Positions 50,402-63,943 of a stretch of 64,000 nucleotides of DNA are shown in pieces. The position numbers were made by a program, and so were the translations under genes. The stretch's first letter is position 1; every line of letters starts with the position of its first letter. The notes below the pieces were generated by a model. It was not told the DNA's origin. It did not search any database and saw only the letters and a list, made by a program, of their open reading frames with translations. The stretch comes from Pecten maximus (taxonomy: Eukaryota): positions 43,586,001 through 43,650,000 of the forward strand of contig NC_047020.1 in assembly GCF_902652985.1 (NCBI RefSeq), given 5' to 3'.

Positions 50402-50550
50402 TACGGTGGCTGATTTGTGCTATTTTGTCCTTTCGTTAATTTTCGTCTTTTCAGGGCGAAAAGACGAAAGGACGAGAATTAAGATATTTGATTTTCGCCT
50501 TTTCGGGGCGAAAAGAGGAAAGGACGAAATGGCACAAATCAGCCACAGTA
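50402..50550. mobile_element. Foldback-like MITE with CGAAAAGACGAAA sub-repeats; relative at ~49820-50048
   Basis: TIRs TACGGTGGCTGATTTGTGC...GCACAAATCAGCCACAGTA. Confidence 0.7.
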
Positions 50551-50615
50551 TATCTCTCTAACCTTTCATCTTGCTCTGTATGTCTTTAGTACGTTAATAG
50601 TGTTACTGGTGCAGC

Positions 50616-50679
50616 TAGCCCGAGTTTCCTCTGACCCTGACACCAGACATGGTGTCAGGATCAGATGAAACTCGTGCTA
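50616..50679. mobile_element. 64-bp palindromic mini-transposon (same family as 63858-63943 and 33227-33313)
   Basis: TAGCCCGAGTTTCCTCTGACCCTGACACCA...TGGTGTCAGGATCAGATGAAACTCGTGCTA; flanks GGTGCAGC/GGTTCAGC. Confidence 0.75.
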
Positions 50680-51180
50680 GGTTCAGCAGACTGATAATTG
50701 TTCAATTGAAATTAATTCTTTTGCATAACATGCATAAGATTTCTTGAAGGAATTGAAGTCGCTAGAGGGATGATTTACCGAATGTGCATTTTAAGGACAG
50801 TTGAACGAATGGCGTGAATTAAATGTGTAGCCAGTGCTTGCAAGCTATGTAGTATTTTATGTCGAACTAGTTTAAAATTTTACATTCCTTGAATGAAACT
50901 TTTACATCATTCGAAGTACACTTCATCAATCTATATTTACATTTACACTGCAGCCCCACTATATAACTTTACCAAGCTCACTTGGAAGTTATGAGTCCAT
51001 AACTTCCAAATCTTTACGATGATGTCATTAATATAGTGACATCATAATTGTCACGTCGGCGATAACGAAAGATGGCTGTTGAAAAGGCTGCTCCGTCTTT
51101 GACGACAATAATTTGTTCATTCATCGTCGGAGCAAAATTCCTGGATATAGTCTTTAAAAAATCGTTGTCAAATGTAAATA

Positions 51181-51319
51181 TAAGCATTGAACTGCTTTCA
51201 GTTGGAGGTTATCGGCTGATGAATGCCAACTGGACAAAGGCAAATTCAACATGAATTTGCCTTTGTCCAGTTGGCATTCATCAGCCCATAACCTCCAACT
51301 GAAAGCAGTTCAATGCTTA
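51181..51319. repeat. ~139-bp near-perfect palindrome
   Basis: Arms of ~68 bp (TAAGCATTGAACTGC...GGCAAATTCA / TGAATTTGCC...GCAGTTCAATGCTTA), 3-nt loop, one mismatch. Confidence 0.92.
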
Positions 51320-52119
51320 AATAATCATCTCTTCTGTCTTTCAAAATTATCTTTTCTTACTTTCGCTCTGTCCATTGTTTTCTTTATACAAACATGTCGC
51401 TATCACTAGAATTGTAATACAACACTTGAGGAGAGAGATTTTATAAGTTGTTATAACTTGTGCCCAGTCCATTTGTTTATTCCAATAAAACACGCTTAAT
51501 TTAATCAATATTTGGTACACTCCTACAAATTGCCAATATTTATTTCGAAATTCATTTTTCCGGCTAACCAAAATAGCACCCATCTGGAACTTCATAGAAC
51601 GTGCACTAGAGTTCAAGTTTGTCAAAAGTTCGAGTTGTCCTATATACTTTGTACTTGTAAACCAACGTCGGACGCATAATTCACCTTTGAGATGATTAGT
51701 TTTCGAACTGACCAACATGGCGTCGTCAACATCCCAGTACCACACACGCACACACGCAATTTCTAATTAGTTTCTAAGTAATTTTCCTAGTTTTGTAAGA
51801 ATTATACCACTTTCTTAAGTAGTCGAATATTGCAAACTGAACATTCCTTTCATTTTTCTTTCCTCAAAAATAACGACTTTGGTTTTTTGTGTATTGACAA
51901 TCAGTTTCCATTGTTCGTAGTATTTTCGAAAATAATTCAGAGCATTTTGTTTCAGCCATTAGCACACTCTCTTCAGCAAACAATTTAATGAACAACGAAT
52001 GATTTCAAATATACACAGGGACTAGCGTTCCTGATATACTCATAATATAAAATACCATTAATACCATTCGCTTTATTATTGTATTTTTATTGATCAATGC
52101 AACAGCAATTAGAATTGCG

Positions 52120-52277
52120 CGAGGGGTCTTAGTGTGGGGGGAAACCGGAGTACCCGGGGAAAACCCACGTGGTCGGGGCTGGTGACCCCATACCTTTTCA
52201 CATCCGATCGGGGTATCAAACCCCAGTCGTCTTGGTGAAAGGCAAGTGTGTTACCACTGTGCCACCCGACCACCCCA
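52120..52277 (-). mobile_element. V-domain type tRNA SINE
   Basis: Minus strand GGGGTGGTCGGGTGGCACAGTGGTAACACACTTGCCTTTCACC...GGGTTTTCCCCGGGTACTCCGGTTTCCCCCCAC. Confidence 0.75.
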
Positions 52278-53689
52278 TGGCTTGGATCTGTAATTGAAAC
52301 AAAAGTTTGTAAGTCATTAAAAAAGGGGGGGGGGGGGGGGATGTTATCATCATTGATGAATTGATATATGTAAATCTACAAGCGAAACATGAATTTTGTC
52401 CTGTCCTGTCCTGTGCCCTTTCCTTCATTCCGCAACCCCACCCCCAAGACTACATCACAAGATGTCTTATTGTCCTTGTCCATTGTCCACGTATACAATG
52501 TAGATATGTAGATGACATCGAAAATATAAATTATTTTACTTTTCAACCTTTACAAAATAAATCATCATCATCATCATCATCACTCCTACGTACCTAGCGA
52601 GGGACGGGGAACCAGTTGTTAATCTGGCGTTGGATGCATCGTGGGAAAAGAACCATGTGCTCTTCCTCAAAATGGCCGCACACCTTCCTCTTCCAGTAAA
52701 GGTCGTCTTGGGGTAGTTCCTTGGTCAAAACTACGGACAACTCCAGTCCATAGTTAAACAACAGCATTGCCTTCGATCTCTCTGAAAAATTTGTTTTGCT
52801 CCTTTTCCGAGATCCGGACGGCTGCCACAAGGTTTTCCTTTTCCTGGCATGGGACAGTTCCACAGCTGTGAGAGCGGGAAGGACCTGAACAATCATATGA
52901 TATATATTATATATTTATAACCATATCTTTGGAATACAAGGGTTCCGCCCAGACACATTTAATTTCTCATCTGAATTGAATAAACGTGAATGATATGTAA
53001 AACGTCTGAATTGCATTGTCAGATAAAAAACAGTTTTGTGAATTGATGAACACTACATACGGGCTCTCCATTCCTGGAACATGGAAACCATGGATTTCCA
53101 TTTCCTTTTGGCGCTGTTTCCAATCGACGACGCATAAACAAACAGCATGGTCATAAGAACGCACAGGAGGCTACAGAATACCTCAGTTCCAATTCCCTGA
53201 AATTAATTAATTGTTTCATGATCACATTATTTCATTAAACAAAAAAATAATGAGTTTACACAGGAAAAACGGAATTTTGAAATGCATACGCACTTAAAAA
53301 ACTGTAAGCTACTAAATTATATTTATTTATTTATCTATCCATCTATTTATTTCGTACAATACTTGCCCACAATACATCGGCTGGCGCTGGGCAAATGTTC
53401 TCCGCCTCTGTTCCCGTAAGATAATTCAGCATCCCTGAGACGTAACCTGGCTCGGGCTCCACACTTCACATATATATACAAAGTTACGAAGTTAAGTAAT
53501 TTTTTTTAAACACTCTTGATATTCAAAACCTCAGAAACGCCATATTTGGCGTTAACCTGAGTATACATGTACCGTAATATGCATTTGTAATCGAGGATAA
53601 ATTAGATTGAATTAAAGGTATAAATTCTCAAATCAGATTTTATATTGGAATAATAGCTTCCAGGGGAACTGAATGCGAAGGGTAGCCAT

Positions 53690-55990
53690 ACACGGAGAAA
53701 ATTCCAAATGGACAAGTGTGTCATCAGGTTTACCACAAGGATCTGTTCTAGGACCAATTCTCTTTAAACGTTTATAAACGATCTACCGGACTCATTTAAA
53801 TCGAGTATGTTTCTATTTGCGGATGATACAAACGTATCTAAAATCATTAAAAAAAAGCTAAGACAGTTCTCAAAAAGAACCTGGAAAGATTGTAAGAATG
53901 GAGCAAAAAATGACTCCTGCAAGTGTACCTTCAAAAATGTAAACATATGCATTATAGGAAAGGTGGATAAGGGAGGACCCATATCCATAAATAACCAGAT
54001 ATTGACACAAACGGACAAGAAGAAAGATATATGCTTAACATATTAGACTCAAAACTCACATTTGAAGATGAAATGGAAAAGTAAATAAGGCAAACTCCAT
54101 GTTCAATCACCATGCTCAAGAGAAATTTTCAACATATGGACGGACGGACATGTATACCTCTATATAAAACATTGGTGAGGACCCTTTTGGATTTTACAAG
54201 CTCTGTTTGGTTGCCGAAGACATAGAAAAGGTTGAAGGTGTCCGACGAAGGTCAGCAAAATGGTTGCAGGGAAAAGTGGATCTTACATACACAGAACTAT
54301 CAGTTAAATTGAACTTATCAACACTCGCATATAGACGTATAAGGACGTATAAGAGGAGATATGATCGAAACATATTATACGATTATGACGTATACGATAT
54401 GAATATAGAATATAATAATGAATAAATGCTAGCGCACAATATGACGTTTGTTTACAAAGCTCTGGCATCAATATCGACAATAGACACAAAATCCTTAAAT
54501 ACCAATAATATTCTGAAACCATGGGATAGTGTAACATGTGTCGGCCATGAAATAGCGCGGTAGAGGAAACTAAAAAAAATACACATAGAGCTAAACGAAA
54601 CGTAATTTCGCACACTTTCGGTATACATGGATTTTCCTACAATTTAAAAACAGGGTCCGTTTAAAGGACCCACTCCCCTAAAAAATCTTCTGAAAATTCC
54701 CAATTTGCCACCAATTTTGAAGTCACTTTTGAATGATTAAGTACGTTTTATATATATACAAAGACCTATATTAAGGATATTGTTGTTTTGTTTTGTTTTG
54801 TTTTTTTTTGGGGGGGGGGGGGGGGGGGGGGGGGGGAGGGTTAAAAAAGCTACAGATAACAAAATGAATTCAAAAATAATATAAAGGTAATATTTATAAA
54901 ATAAACTGAAATTTGTATGAATTTTACTATTTTTTGTTTTTCCAAATGCCCTTATGTCGCGTAAAAATTCCCAATTTAATGGACCCTGGACCCAGTTGAA
55001 AAAATCCCTGTATATATGGCGCGGGAAGGATGTCATAATTAAATATTTTTGCCTAGGCAGAAATCGAATTTTGCCTAGGCAAAAATAAAATATTGCCTAG
55101 GCAAAATTCGATTTTTGCCTAGGCAAAAATATTTCTGCCTAAGCAAAAATAATTTTGCCTAACATGTTAGGCAAAATTCGATTTTTGCCTACTAGGCAGA
55201 AATAATTTTGCCTAGGAAAAATACTTAATTATGACATCCTTCCCGCGCCAAATGTATATATTTAAATACATTTCCATCAAATTAATTTCAAATCAAGAAA
55301 GAATTCCTCACATTGTTAGATGAACAAATGCTTCGTAACATACAAGTGTGTAACCCGATATGCGCACACGTATTACTGCGCATGGGAGTTGTTGTCAAGT
55401 TGTGATTATTCCTAGTTTTGAAGACGATCGGGATCGCACACCCATCTAACTTCTTTGATTTTGTTGGTAAAAATAGTTTTCAACCATTTTGTAGACAAAC
55501 ATCATCCCAAACTTAGATCAAGCCACGATAAAAATAATCTTTAAAAACAAAAACAATTGCAAAATTGAAAAAGTTAATTTACCGCCATTTTTTGCTTTAA
55601 ATAATGACCCTGTGTCTGCAGGTCAACCACAGGGACACGTTACAATAGTAATGTATACATGTATAAAATAAATGGGGGGTCGATATAAACATCACTTTTT
55701 TTTCAAAACGAACTTAATCTGAAAAGATATATTAATTTTAAAATGGCAAAAGTCTGTCATCAGTCACCATGATATCATTATCAGAAACACAGTCCTCGAC
55801 CACTTGGAGGAAAACCGCAGAAAATCGTCATATGTGTGAAAAACGGATAGTGTGCGAAGGAAAATTCTCACAGCGAATAGTGAACGTTTGGAACACTTTA
55901 CCAGAGAGTGTAATGACAGCAACAAATTTAAACACACCTAGAATAGACTAGATGAAAATTGGGCTTAACAGGAACATCTATAAACTAAAT
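53690..55990 (+). pseudogene. Decayed CR1-clade LINE RT (53690-54400) with its 3' end displaced to ~55850-55990 by later insertions
   Basis: Motifs SGLPQGSVLGP, LFADDT, LYKTLVRTLLD, KVEGVRRRSAK, LSTLAYRR, then FSQRIVNVWNTLPESV downstream. Confidence 0.8.
55017..55250. mobile_element. MITE with internal TTTGCCTAGGCAAA palindromic repeats
   Basis: TIRs TGGCGCGGGAAGGATGTCATAATTAA...TTAATTATGACATCCTTCCCGCGCCA. Confidence 0.85.
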
Positions 55991-57351
55991 CCACAATTTT
56001 GTAATAAAGAAGTTGCTAATCGTAACCGAACGGATGAAACATGTCAAAAGTGAACTTAGTATATTTTCAGGGATAACTCTGGAGGGGCCATGGGGCAACT
56101 TGTCCCATATTTTCCAAAATGGCCCACCAAAAATTTACAAATTTCTTCAATTTTCTATGATTATGTTTTGGCCCATACGATTTCTGCAATCTTGTAAAAA
56201 TGGCCCATGATTTTTGGGTCCAGGGTGAACCCCGTATTTGTAAATGTCAAAACTTACCACGTAAAGTATTGGTAGACTGTGGGAAACTGGTGCATGACAC
56301 TCGTCAATGCCACAGACACCAGGAACATCCTGCTATCCATCGTGGTAATCCAAGATTTCAAACAAAATGTCAATCTTACGGGAGAGATTGCTAAACTCCG
56401 ACTTGACCGATTGCGTAGCAGCTTAGCAACAAGCATGTGACGTCACAAATGGGTCTGTGTAATTTCCGGATCATGACGTCATAATATTGTCTGTGTTATG
56501 CATAAGCAACCCACAGGAAGCAAGTTATTTTCGCAACATTTCACACAAGTGTATAAGAGATTAATTCAATCTAAATTTATTAATGAACATGTAGGCCTGT
56601 ACATCATACATCTGTTTCATCCTGATCTCATCGGGTATTGTCGCGAGGAGTTCCGGATTAGAGCTGGCACTTCCATCTTTGACCCAAGAAGCATCTTAGG
56701 CTACTATAATGAAAAGCCTCAAACGGTTTTCTCCCGCTTCAACAGTATGTAGTTCATAGCCAGTGTCAATATTCACACGAATTTAAACGTGTAACTCACA
56801 TTCACGACAAACGTCATGACTTTAAACCCAGCAATCTCAAATGATTGTTCAAAACAGGGACAAATGAACAGCACATTTAGATATATTTTCATCCTTTTTT
56901 GTGTTTAATGCCAATATTTATGCATTTTTTTTAATTTGATTTTTTGGAACTACCATTCGCGGAGAGGATAATGATAATTATGGGCTACATTATTTATTAG
57001 TTCATTAATAAATTAAGATATTAGAAATCACATAAATGTTACAACATTTTAAATGACCCGCATAGTATAAAGATAAGTAATTCGTAAGTAATTGGCAAAC
57101 AAACTTATTATCAATAATTGATGTTTCAATAGTCAGACTTTTTTCATATTTAAAACTTATTTGCAATGAAACTGAAATTATACATTTGTTTGATTCAATC
57201 GAACTTTGTATGGTTTTTACTCTTCGTGTTGTTTTTCCCTTTTCTTTTGGCGTTTTTATTCTCGTTTTGATTTCGTTCTTATTTTGCAATATAATGCTGA
57301 TATGATATATTCTTTTCATTTCCTCTCAGACAACGTCCTCTGGCGGGAGTC

Positions 57352-60300
57352 ATGTATACCACATATGCAGTGCTGGTAATATTGACCTTGACCTTCCATA
57401 GCGCCCTCTGTCAACAATATAGCGAGGCTGTCTTTCTGTCTGATGACGTCACATGTAAGTATGTTTTTGGCCGTCCGTCCATTACCCGGGAAATGTTGTC
57501 GTTTTCATTATATTATCGTATATTCAATATTACAGAGAGAAATATGTCTAAATTTTCAAACAAATAGTGAGAAAAAAACAACAGAATTTTCCTAGGAGAC
57601 CCTAAGGTAAAAATGAATTCGTATCATTCATTTTTTTTAAAATCTTCTTATGAACAATGATGCCTTAGTCCGTGTTATTTGACCAATAGCGAATTGAGAA
57701 AAGGACATATCAAGATGTGTATTAACTATCTCAGCAAACTTTCAAGGTCAAATCAGTGGCGACGGTCACAGTTCCAGGTGAAGTATGCCTCCTGGTATTC
57801 ATGGAGATTGATATAATGCTGTAACGTAGATGCTTTAAAGTATTGGAATGAAACCAGCCCACGGTTTTTTACCCACAGACAGCTGTTGCGGATTCGTGGA
57901 CCTGGTACTAGTCGTGGATGCTTCAGCCTTCACGCGCTTCACCACACCACGTGGTGTTCCAATATGGCACCCCGGCATCGCCGTGTTCGTCAACAACCTT
58001 CTGCGAGTTCTCCAAGTGGGCCCAGCATCGTTTCGAGTGGCCGCCATATTGTACAGCACAGGTATTGATGACATCATGCCTTTCAGTGTACATCAAGTCT
58101 ACACCCTCCACACTTTCGGATTTCTCCGTCCTGGGTTCGGTGTCTCGGCCACGGCTAAGGGTTTATCGGAGATGAGAAAGATGCTGTCATACTACGGTCG
58201 ACCGGACGCGGCCAAGCGTGCCATCCTTCTCAGTGCTTCCCATTCTAATGACCACCAGGCGGCGCTAGTAGAGGCTAACCTTGCTAGGTCCATGGGAATA
58301 GATATCCTCTCGGTAGGATTCGGACCTTTCCGGGACGTTGGTGAACTGAACGAAATTAGTCCCGGCTGGGTATTAGAAGTTCCTGATGCTGGCATGCTCT
58401 ATGCTCTTGTCGGGAGAATAGCCGCAAGGTTGTGTAAAGGTAATTTATATTAATATTATTCAGCCTTGACCATAACCCCTTAATGCTACAAGTTTCCTTA
58501 TTGCTAAAAGGTCTAATCACAGGACTCTGCATCTGGTTAATATTTATAGAAAACAAAATTAGTCCCTACTCTTACTACATCAAAAAATATAACACTTGAA
58601 AAGTCGGAAGTGGGGAGTGAGCTTCGATTCACTTTTAATTCAAGTTCAATCCGACTAAAATATCAAATGAACACAAACTTTAGTAATGTACCTTGGTTCA
58701 GAATCCTAAGATATCAACGTTTGTCGTGAGACAATAAAGTGGTCGTGCTAGCCGACGATGCATCGACTGTGGAACGGAAGTAGGCAGCATATTTTAGAGC
58801 GGTTTTGCAACTGGCAATCTGATTGGTCGACCGCTCTGTAAACAAAACTAACTATAATTGTTGACCAATCAGACTTGTGGTTTTAAAACAGTTCTAGATA
58901 ACCTACTTCCGTTCCACAGTCGATGCATCGTCTGATCTTCAAGTGTTGATATTGTAGGAGTAGGGGCTTTTATTTTTTCATAAATATTTACCACAAGCAG
59001 ACGCCTGCGGTCTAATCCTGATATAGACACACAACATAATGTACAATATATTATCTTGATTAATTGCTTTTTTTGAATGTTTGCTTGGGGCCATTGGTTT
59101 GGTTTACTGTTTGGTTTGCCGTTTGATCCTTCATTTTAATTTGCAGTTTCCAAATTTGTCCTCCTTTCTTTTTTTACCATTTTTGCTCAACACCTTTATT
59201 TAAATGTGCTAAAACCTTTTAACATTTTGTTAATTACAGAAGCGGTCAATGGAGGCTGGTCGCCATGGCTCAGCTGGACCCCCTGTTCAAAAAGTTGTGA
59301 TGGCGGTGTATCTAGGAGATTTCGTTTCTGTAATAACCCACTTCCGCAATATGGCGGCTCTTTCTGTACAGGAGTTCCCGACATAAGAATGGATTGTAAC
59401 ACACAACCTTGCTTAGGTAAGTTTGGACTTGTCTATAAGGCGGTAGGACTAAATATAAGCTTCTCTGATTGACCCAGAACTTTCCGCATATGGTTTTCGA
59501 AAATTCCCCTTTTGCCAACACCAGGGTTCTACACGGTGTTATTGTGGTAGTCATAGTAGTTTTAGTTTAGCAAAACATTATTCTTCTACTTCCTGTCTAG
59601 CCATGGCAACAACAAAAAAAAACCAGATATTAGTATGTGGTACATGCCCAGTTGAGATTCAAATGTTGAATTGCGTTTTTCAGCGTTCTTCTCCGGAGGA
59701 GTTGATTGGTCAACTTGGGGCCCATGTTCTGCTACATGTGGATCCGGCACGCGCTCACGCTTTCGACCGTGTCTGTCTAGGTCTCAATGTAGGCCTGGAG
59801 CATCAGAGACAAGAACATCAACATGTAGGATGTCAGCTTGTCCAGGTAATGTAACTATATAACAGAACAGTTTTGATAATACAGTTCCCATTACGACTAC
59901 TATATTTATTATACCCTGCATGCACGCTACTCAATTTGGTCACCTCTCGTCGTCGACAATACACTGCATGCACGCTACTCAATTTGGTCGCCTCTCGTCG
60001 TCGACAATACACTGCACGCACGCTACTCAATTTGGTCGCCTCTCGTCGTCGACAATACACTGCACGCACGCTACTCAATTTGGTCGCCTCTCGTCGTCGA
60101 CAATACACTGCACGCACGCTACTCAATTTGGTCGCCTCTCGTCGTCGACAATACACTGCACGCACGCTACTCAATTTGGTCGCCTCTCGTCGTCGACAAT
60201 ACACTGCACGCACGCTACTCAATTTGGTCGCCTTCCGTCGTCGACAATACACTGCACGCACGCTACTCAATTTGGTCGCCTTCCGTCGTCGACAATACAC

Positions 60301-63300
60301 TGCACGCACGCTACTCAATTTGGTCGCCTTCCGTCGTCGACAATACACTGCACGCACGCTACTCAATTTGGTCGCCTTCCGTCGTCGACAATACACTGCA
60401 CGCACGCTACTCAATTTGGTCGCCTTCCGTCGTCGACAATACACTGCACGCACGCTACTCAATTTGGTCGCCTTCCGTCGTCGACAATACACTGCATGCA
60501 CGCTACTCAATTTGGTCGCCTCTCGTCGTCGACAATACACTGCATGCACGCTACTCAATTTGGTCGCCTTCCGTCGTCGACAATACACTGCATGCACGCT
60601 ACTCAATTTGGTCGCCTTCCGTCGTCGACAATACACTGCATGCACGCTACTCAACTTGGTCGCCTTCCGTCGTCGACAATACACTGCATGCACGCTACTC
60701 AACTTGGTCGCCTTCCGTCGTCGACAATACACTGCATGCACGCTACTCAATTTGGTCGCCTTCCGTCGTCGACAATACACTGCATGCACGCTACTCAATT
60801 TGGTCACCTCTCGTCGTCGACAATACACTGCATGCACGCTACTCAACTTGGTCGCCTCTCGTCGTCGACAATACACTGCATGCACGCTACTCAACTTGGT
60901 CGCCTCTCGTCGTCGACAATATTTTTTACATTACACTGCTGCACCGATACTCAAATTTAGTCGCCTCTCGTCGTCGACCTTTTTCTTGACAGTCCCCAAC
61001 AGTCTAAAGTGTATCCCATAGTGACATTGCGGCCCTCGTAAATTTTTGTTTGTGCAGTCCTGATAATTCTTTTCATATAACTTTGCTATCAGGGACGTTT
61101 GCCAATTTGACTCTTTACATGGTATTTTGAGAGTTCTTCGGACTTTATACACAATATTTTTATTATATCCATCATCATCTCATGGACGATAATGCATCAA
61201 GTATCTATACAATATCGTCCACCTGTTCCTTCCTTGTATCCATATAAAATCATTTTGGGACGAAACGTCCATTAACACTTCGCCAATTGCACACGCGGGA
61301 TATTTTCAAATGTCTTGGCCGTTGGTCACATAGCGTTCCATCATAGAACATGGCTTTGTACATGTCACGCTAGCCACCGCCTTCGGCCCACGCCAGCCGA
61401 AGGGTTCATGGTTATTTCAACTACTTCCAAAAATACTAGTCTTACTGTATGTTATTGTAATTTCTAGTACTGTTTATATATCATGTGATTGTATTTGTAT
61501 TATCTGTGTCTTAATAAAGGGGTGGATTGCCATTTGACATTGTTCATGTCCACACAATGTTAGAATTACTTCTTTGCCCCATATTATATATAAATATACA
61601 TGTATATATATCACAAACAACATTAGCAATATGGATATAAATATTTTTAGCTGTTGATCAATCATTAGTAGCTGGGTTAGAAGATTCCCAGCGTAACAAA
61701 ATATAAAAACGCAATTTACAGTAGACCTATACAGGGGCATTTTCACGACTGGATCATTTTCGCAATTTTCGCTGTATGATTCGACCGCAAATTCAGATAT
61801 GCAGTAATCGTTTCAATTTCCGAGCATTGCTGCAAACTTACGTTACAAGACGCTTAGCTTTCTTTACTAAGCATTTATAAACAAATAGCAGATCCGGGTC
61901 GCCAGTTCCAGCGAAATCTTGATGAAATCGCGAAAATAACTCTGAACTCAAATCTGTATACAGTAGTCTGTGTGGATAATACAATAGTCGTGAGGTGAAG
62001 GGCGTCACTCTATAAACATTGAAGCTCCATCTTTATATACATATGTTTACATTTGCACCACATTTTCCCATTGACACAATACTGAGAGGCAGTTGCCATC
62101 ATACACCTATAACACCCAGTAGGTCACGTGACGTTAAAAAGAGGCGGGGACTTTTTTGTTGGTTCATTTTTTTTCAAAATTGACGAAAATGGGAAGACAA
62201 TGTAAATATAAGTATTGATTATTGAACAGTGGTTTTAATGTTTAATGATGGGCAAATGTGGCATGGGAACCCTTTGGAACCTAACGGGTTCCGTGGCATT
62301 TGACGACCATACATCTTGCTGTCATATCGATCATAACAACATTAACATCATTGCTTAAATATATCCAGTTGAATCAACGTGGGGTACTTGGTTGTCATGG
62401 GAACCATGTTCTATGACGTGTGGGCGTGGCGTGAGACAGCGCCGCCGGAAGTGTACAGACACAAGCCCCGGAGTAGACGGACGCTGCCTCGGGCCAGGAA
62501 TGGACACGGAAATGTGTAACGCAGGAATTGCGTGTCAAGGTAATATTGGGTTATTCTTGTGATGTCATCAATTTAAACATTTTAATTCATTGTATCTTAA
62601 TGATTTCTTGACACTTTTTTGGCAAACTACCACATTAGGGGCTCACGGGATAGAATATGTATACTAGTAATTTATTATGTTGGATTTGAAAACCTCCAAA
62701 GACCAATCTTGAACATCCGCTCCTGAAAAAGCCTCTTCTAGCAAACATTTTCCCGCCCTTTGCACAATCGGAACACCTCGCCTCCGTCTGCGAACGTACG
62801 ATGGGTTCAGACTGGCCATTTGCACTGCCATTCGTCATTCCAAACATTCGGAACTCCTTCGTCCACTAGCTACGACCAAGTAACTATTAACGACTAGACG
62901 ACTAGTTAGTACTAAGGCTCAGATGGTCTCCAAACAGACTATTGGCATAACCACGGGAACAAAGTGTGACCCTTTCTTGACCTACTTTTGTGGTTGTCAT
63001 ACGATTATATTGAAGAGATTATCAAAACCGGCGATATAGACCTTGCAAAATTCTTTAATTTTATCAATAGATATCCTAAAATCAAAATTCTTGTCTTATT
63101 CTTCTTGCTTTTTGTCAAGGTTTTTCATGTAATTCTATATTTTCCTATTTATTTATTTATTTATTTATTTATTTTTGTTTATCTATTTTATCGATTTTAA
63201 TTTTTGATTGGAGTGTCGGTATCCTCTGCTGTATTTATCAAATTACATTCGTCCCTAGGTTAAAAACAATGTATGCTGTTTGTCTGCATTGATCAGAAAA

Positions 63301-63535
63301 CTTTTTATCACTATACAAATGAATGCATATCAACAACCAGCCCCTTTTCTTTTAGAATGTGAAAGATGTATTCTAGGCCCAGGAGGCCGACGGTATGTGG
63401 GATGTCCTCACGATTGTACGAGGTATGTTCAGTGCCCGGCTCCGGGCTATGAAGCTCTGCAGAAGATCTGTCCGCACGGACAACTCTGGAGTAACCGACA
63501 GCAGAAATGTGTCCAGCCGTCCGAATCGGAGTGTG
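57352..63535 (+). CDS. Secreted extracellular-matrix protein: signal peptide + VWA + 3x TSP1 + chitin-binding type-2 domain (3'-incomplete, continues beyond window); exons 57352-57454, 57879-58439, 59240-59416, 59684-59845, 62369-62539, 63356-63535
   Basis: Hydrophobic N-terminus MYTTYAVLVILTLTFHSALCQQ. VWA: DLVLVVDAS..RVAAILYS..GRPDAAKRAILLS..GIDILSVGFG..ELNEIS. TSP1 motifs WSPWLSWTPCSKSCDGGVSRRFR, WSTWGPCSATCGSGTRSRFR and WGTWLSWEPCSMTCGRGVRQRRR. ChtBD2-like CPHDCTRYVQC..CPHGQLWSNRQQKCV. All introns are phase 1 GT-AG. Confidence 0.88.
58755..58932. mobile_element. MITE in intron of the VWA gene
   Basis: ~31-bp TIRs GACGATGCATCGACTGTGGAACGGAAGTAGG...CCTACTTCCGTTCCACAGTCGATGCATCGTC. Confidence 0.85.
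59917..60978. repeat. 48-bp CpG-rich minisatellite, ~21 copies, intronic
   Basis: Unit CACGCTACTCAATTTGGTCGCCTCTCGTCGTCGACAATACACTGCATG; variants occur in contiguous blocks. Confidence 0.97.
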
Positions 63536-63857
63536 GTATGTTGTACAATAATATGTGTTGAATTCAAAAACATCTTTAACGCTGAACATCACTGAAAAAA
63601 TTACAGCCTTTAAATAAAACACCATACTTACTTCATGCTAATAATAAGCATGGAGCATAAGCATTCATAGCACTATTCGGTCAACCAGACATATTTGCCA
63701 AATTATACTGACATAATTATGATGTCACAGCACTATTTCAACATACAAAGATTTGTTACATTGTCGTGCATGGGACCGGAAGGTAGCTTTGTCGACGCCT
63801 GTCATAAAAAAATCTGTCGTCTTGAACTACGACATCGCAGCTAAGATCCGTGGCACC

Positions 63858-63943
63858 AAGCCCGAGTTTCCTCTGGCCCTGACACCAGACATGGTGTATT
63901 CCAAGCCCAGACATGGTGTCAGGGCCAGAGGAAACTCGGGCTA
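63858..63943. mobile_element. 86-bp palindromic mini-transposon with perfect 9-bp TSD (AcademH-like)
   Basis: AGCCCGAGTTTCCTCTGGCCCTGACACCA...TGGTGTCAGGGCCAGAGGAAACTCGGGCT, flanked by CGTGGCACC at 63849-63857 and 63944-63952. Confidence 0.85.

Noticed and set aside
59833-61021. ORFs of 346-382 aa on both strands
   Set aside because: Pure translation of the 48-bp minisatellite, located inside an intron between two TSP1 exons.
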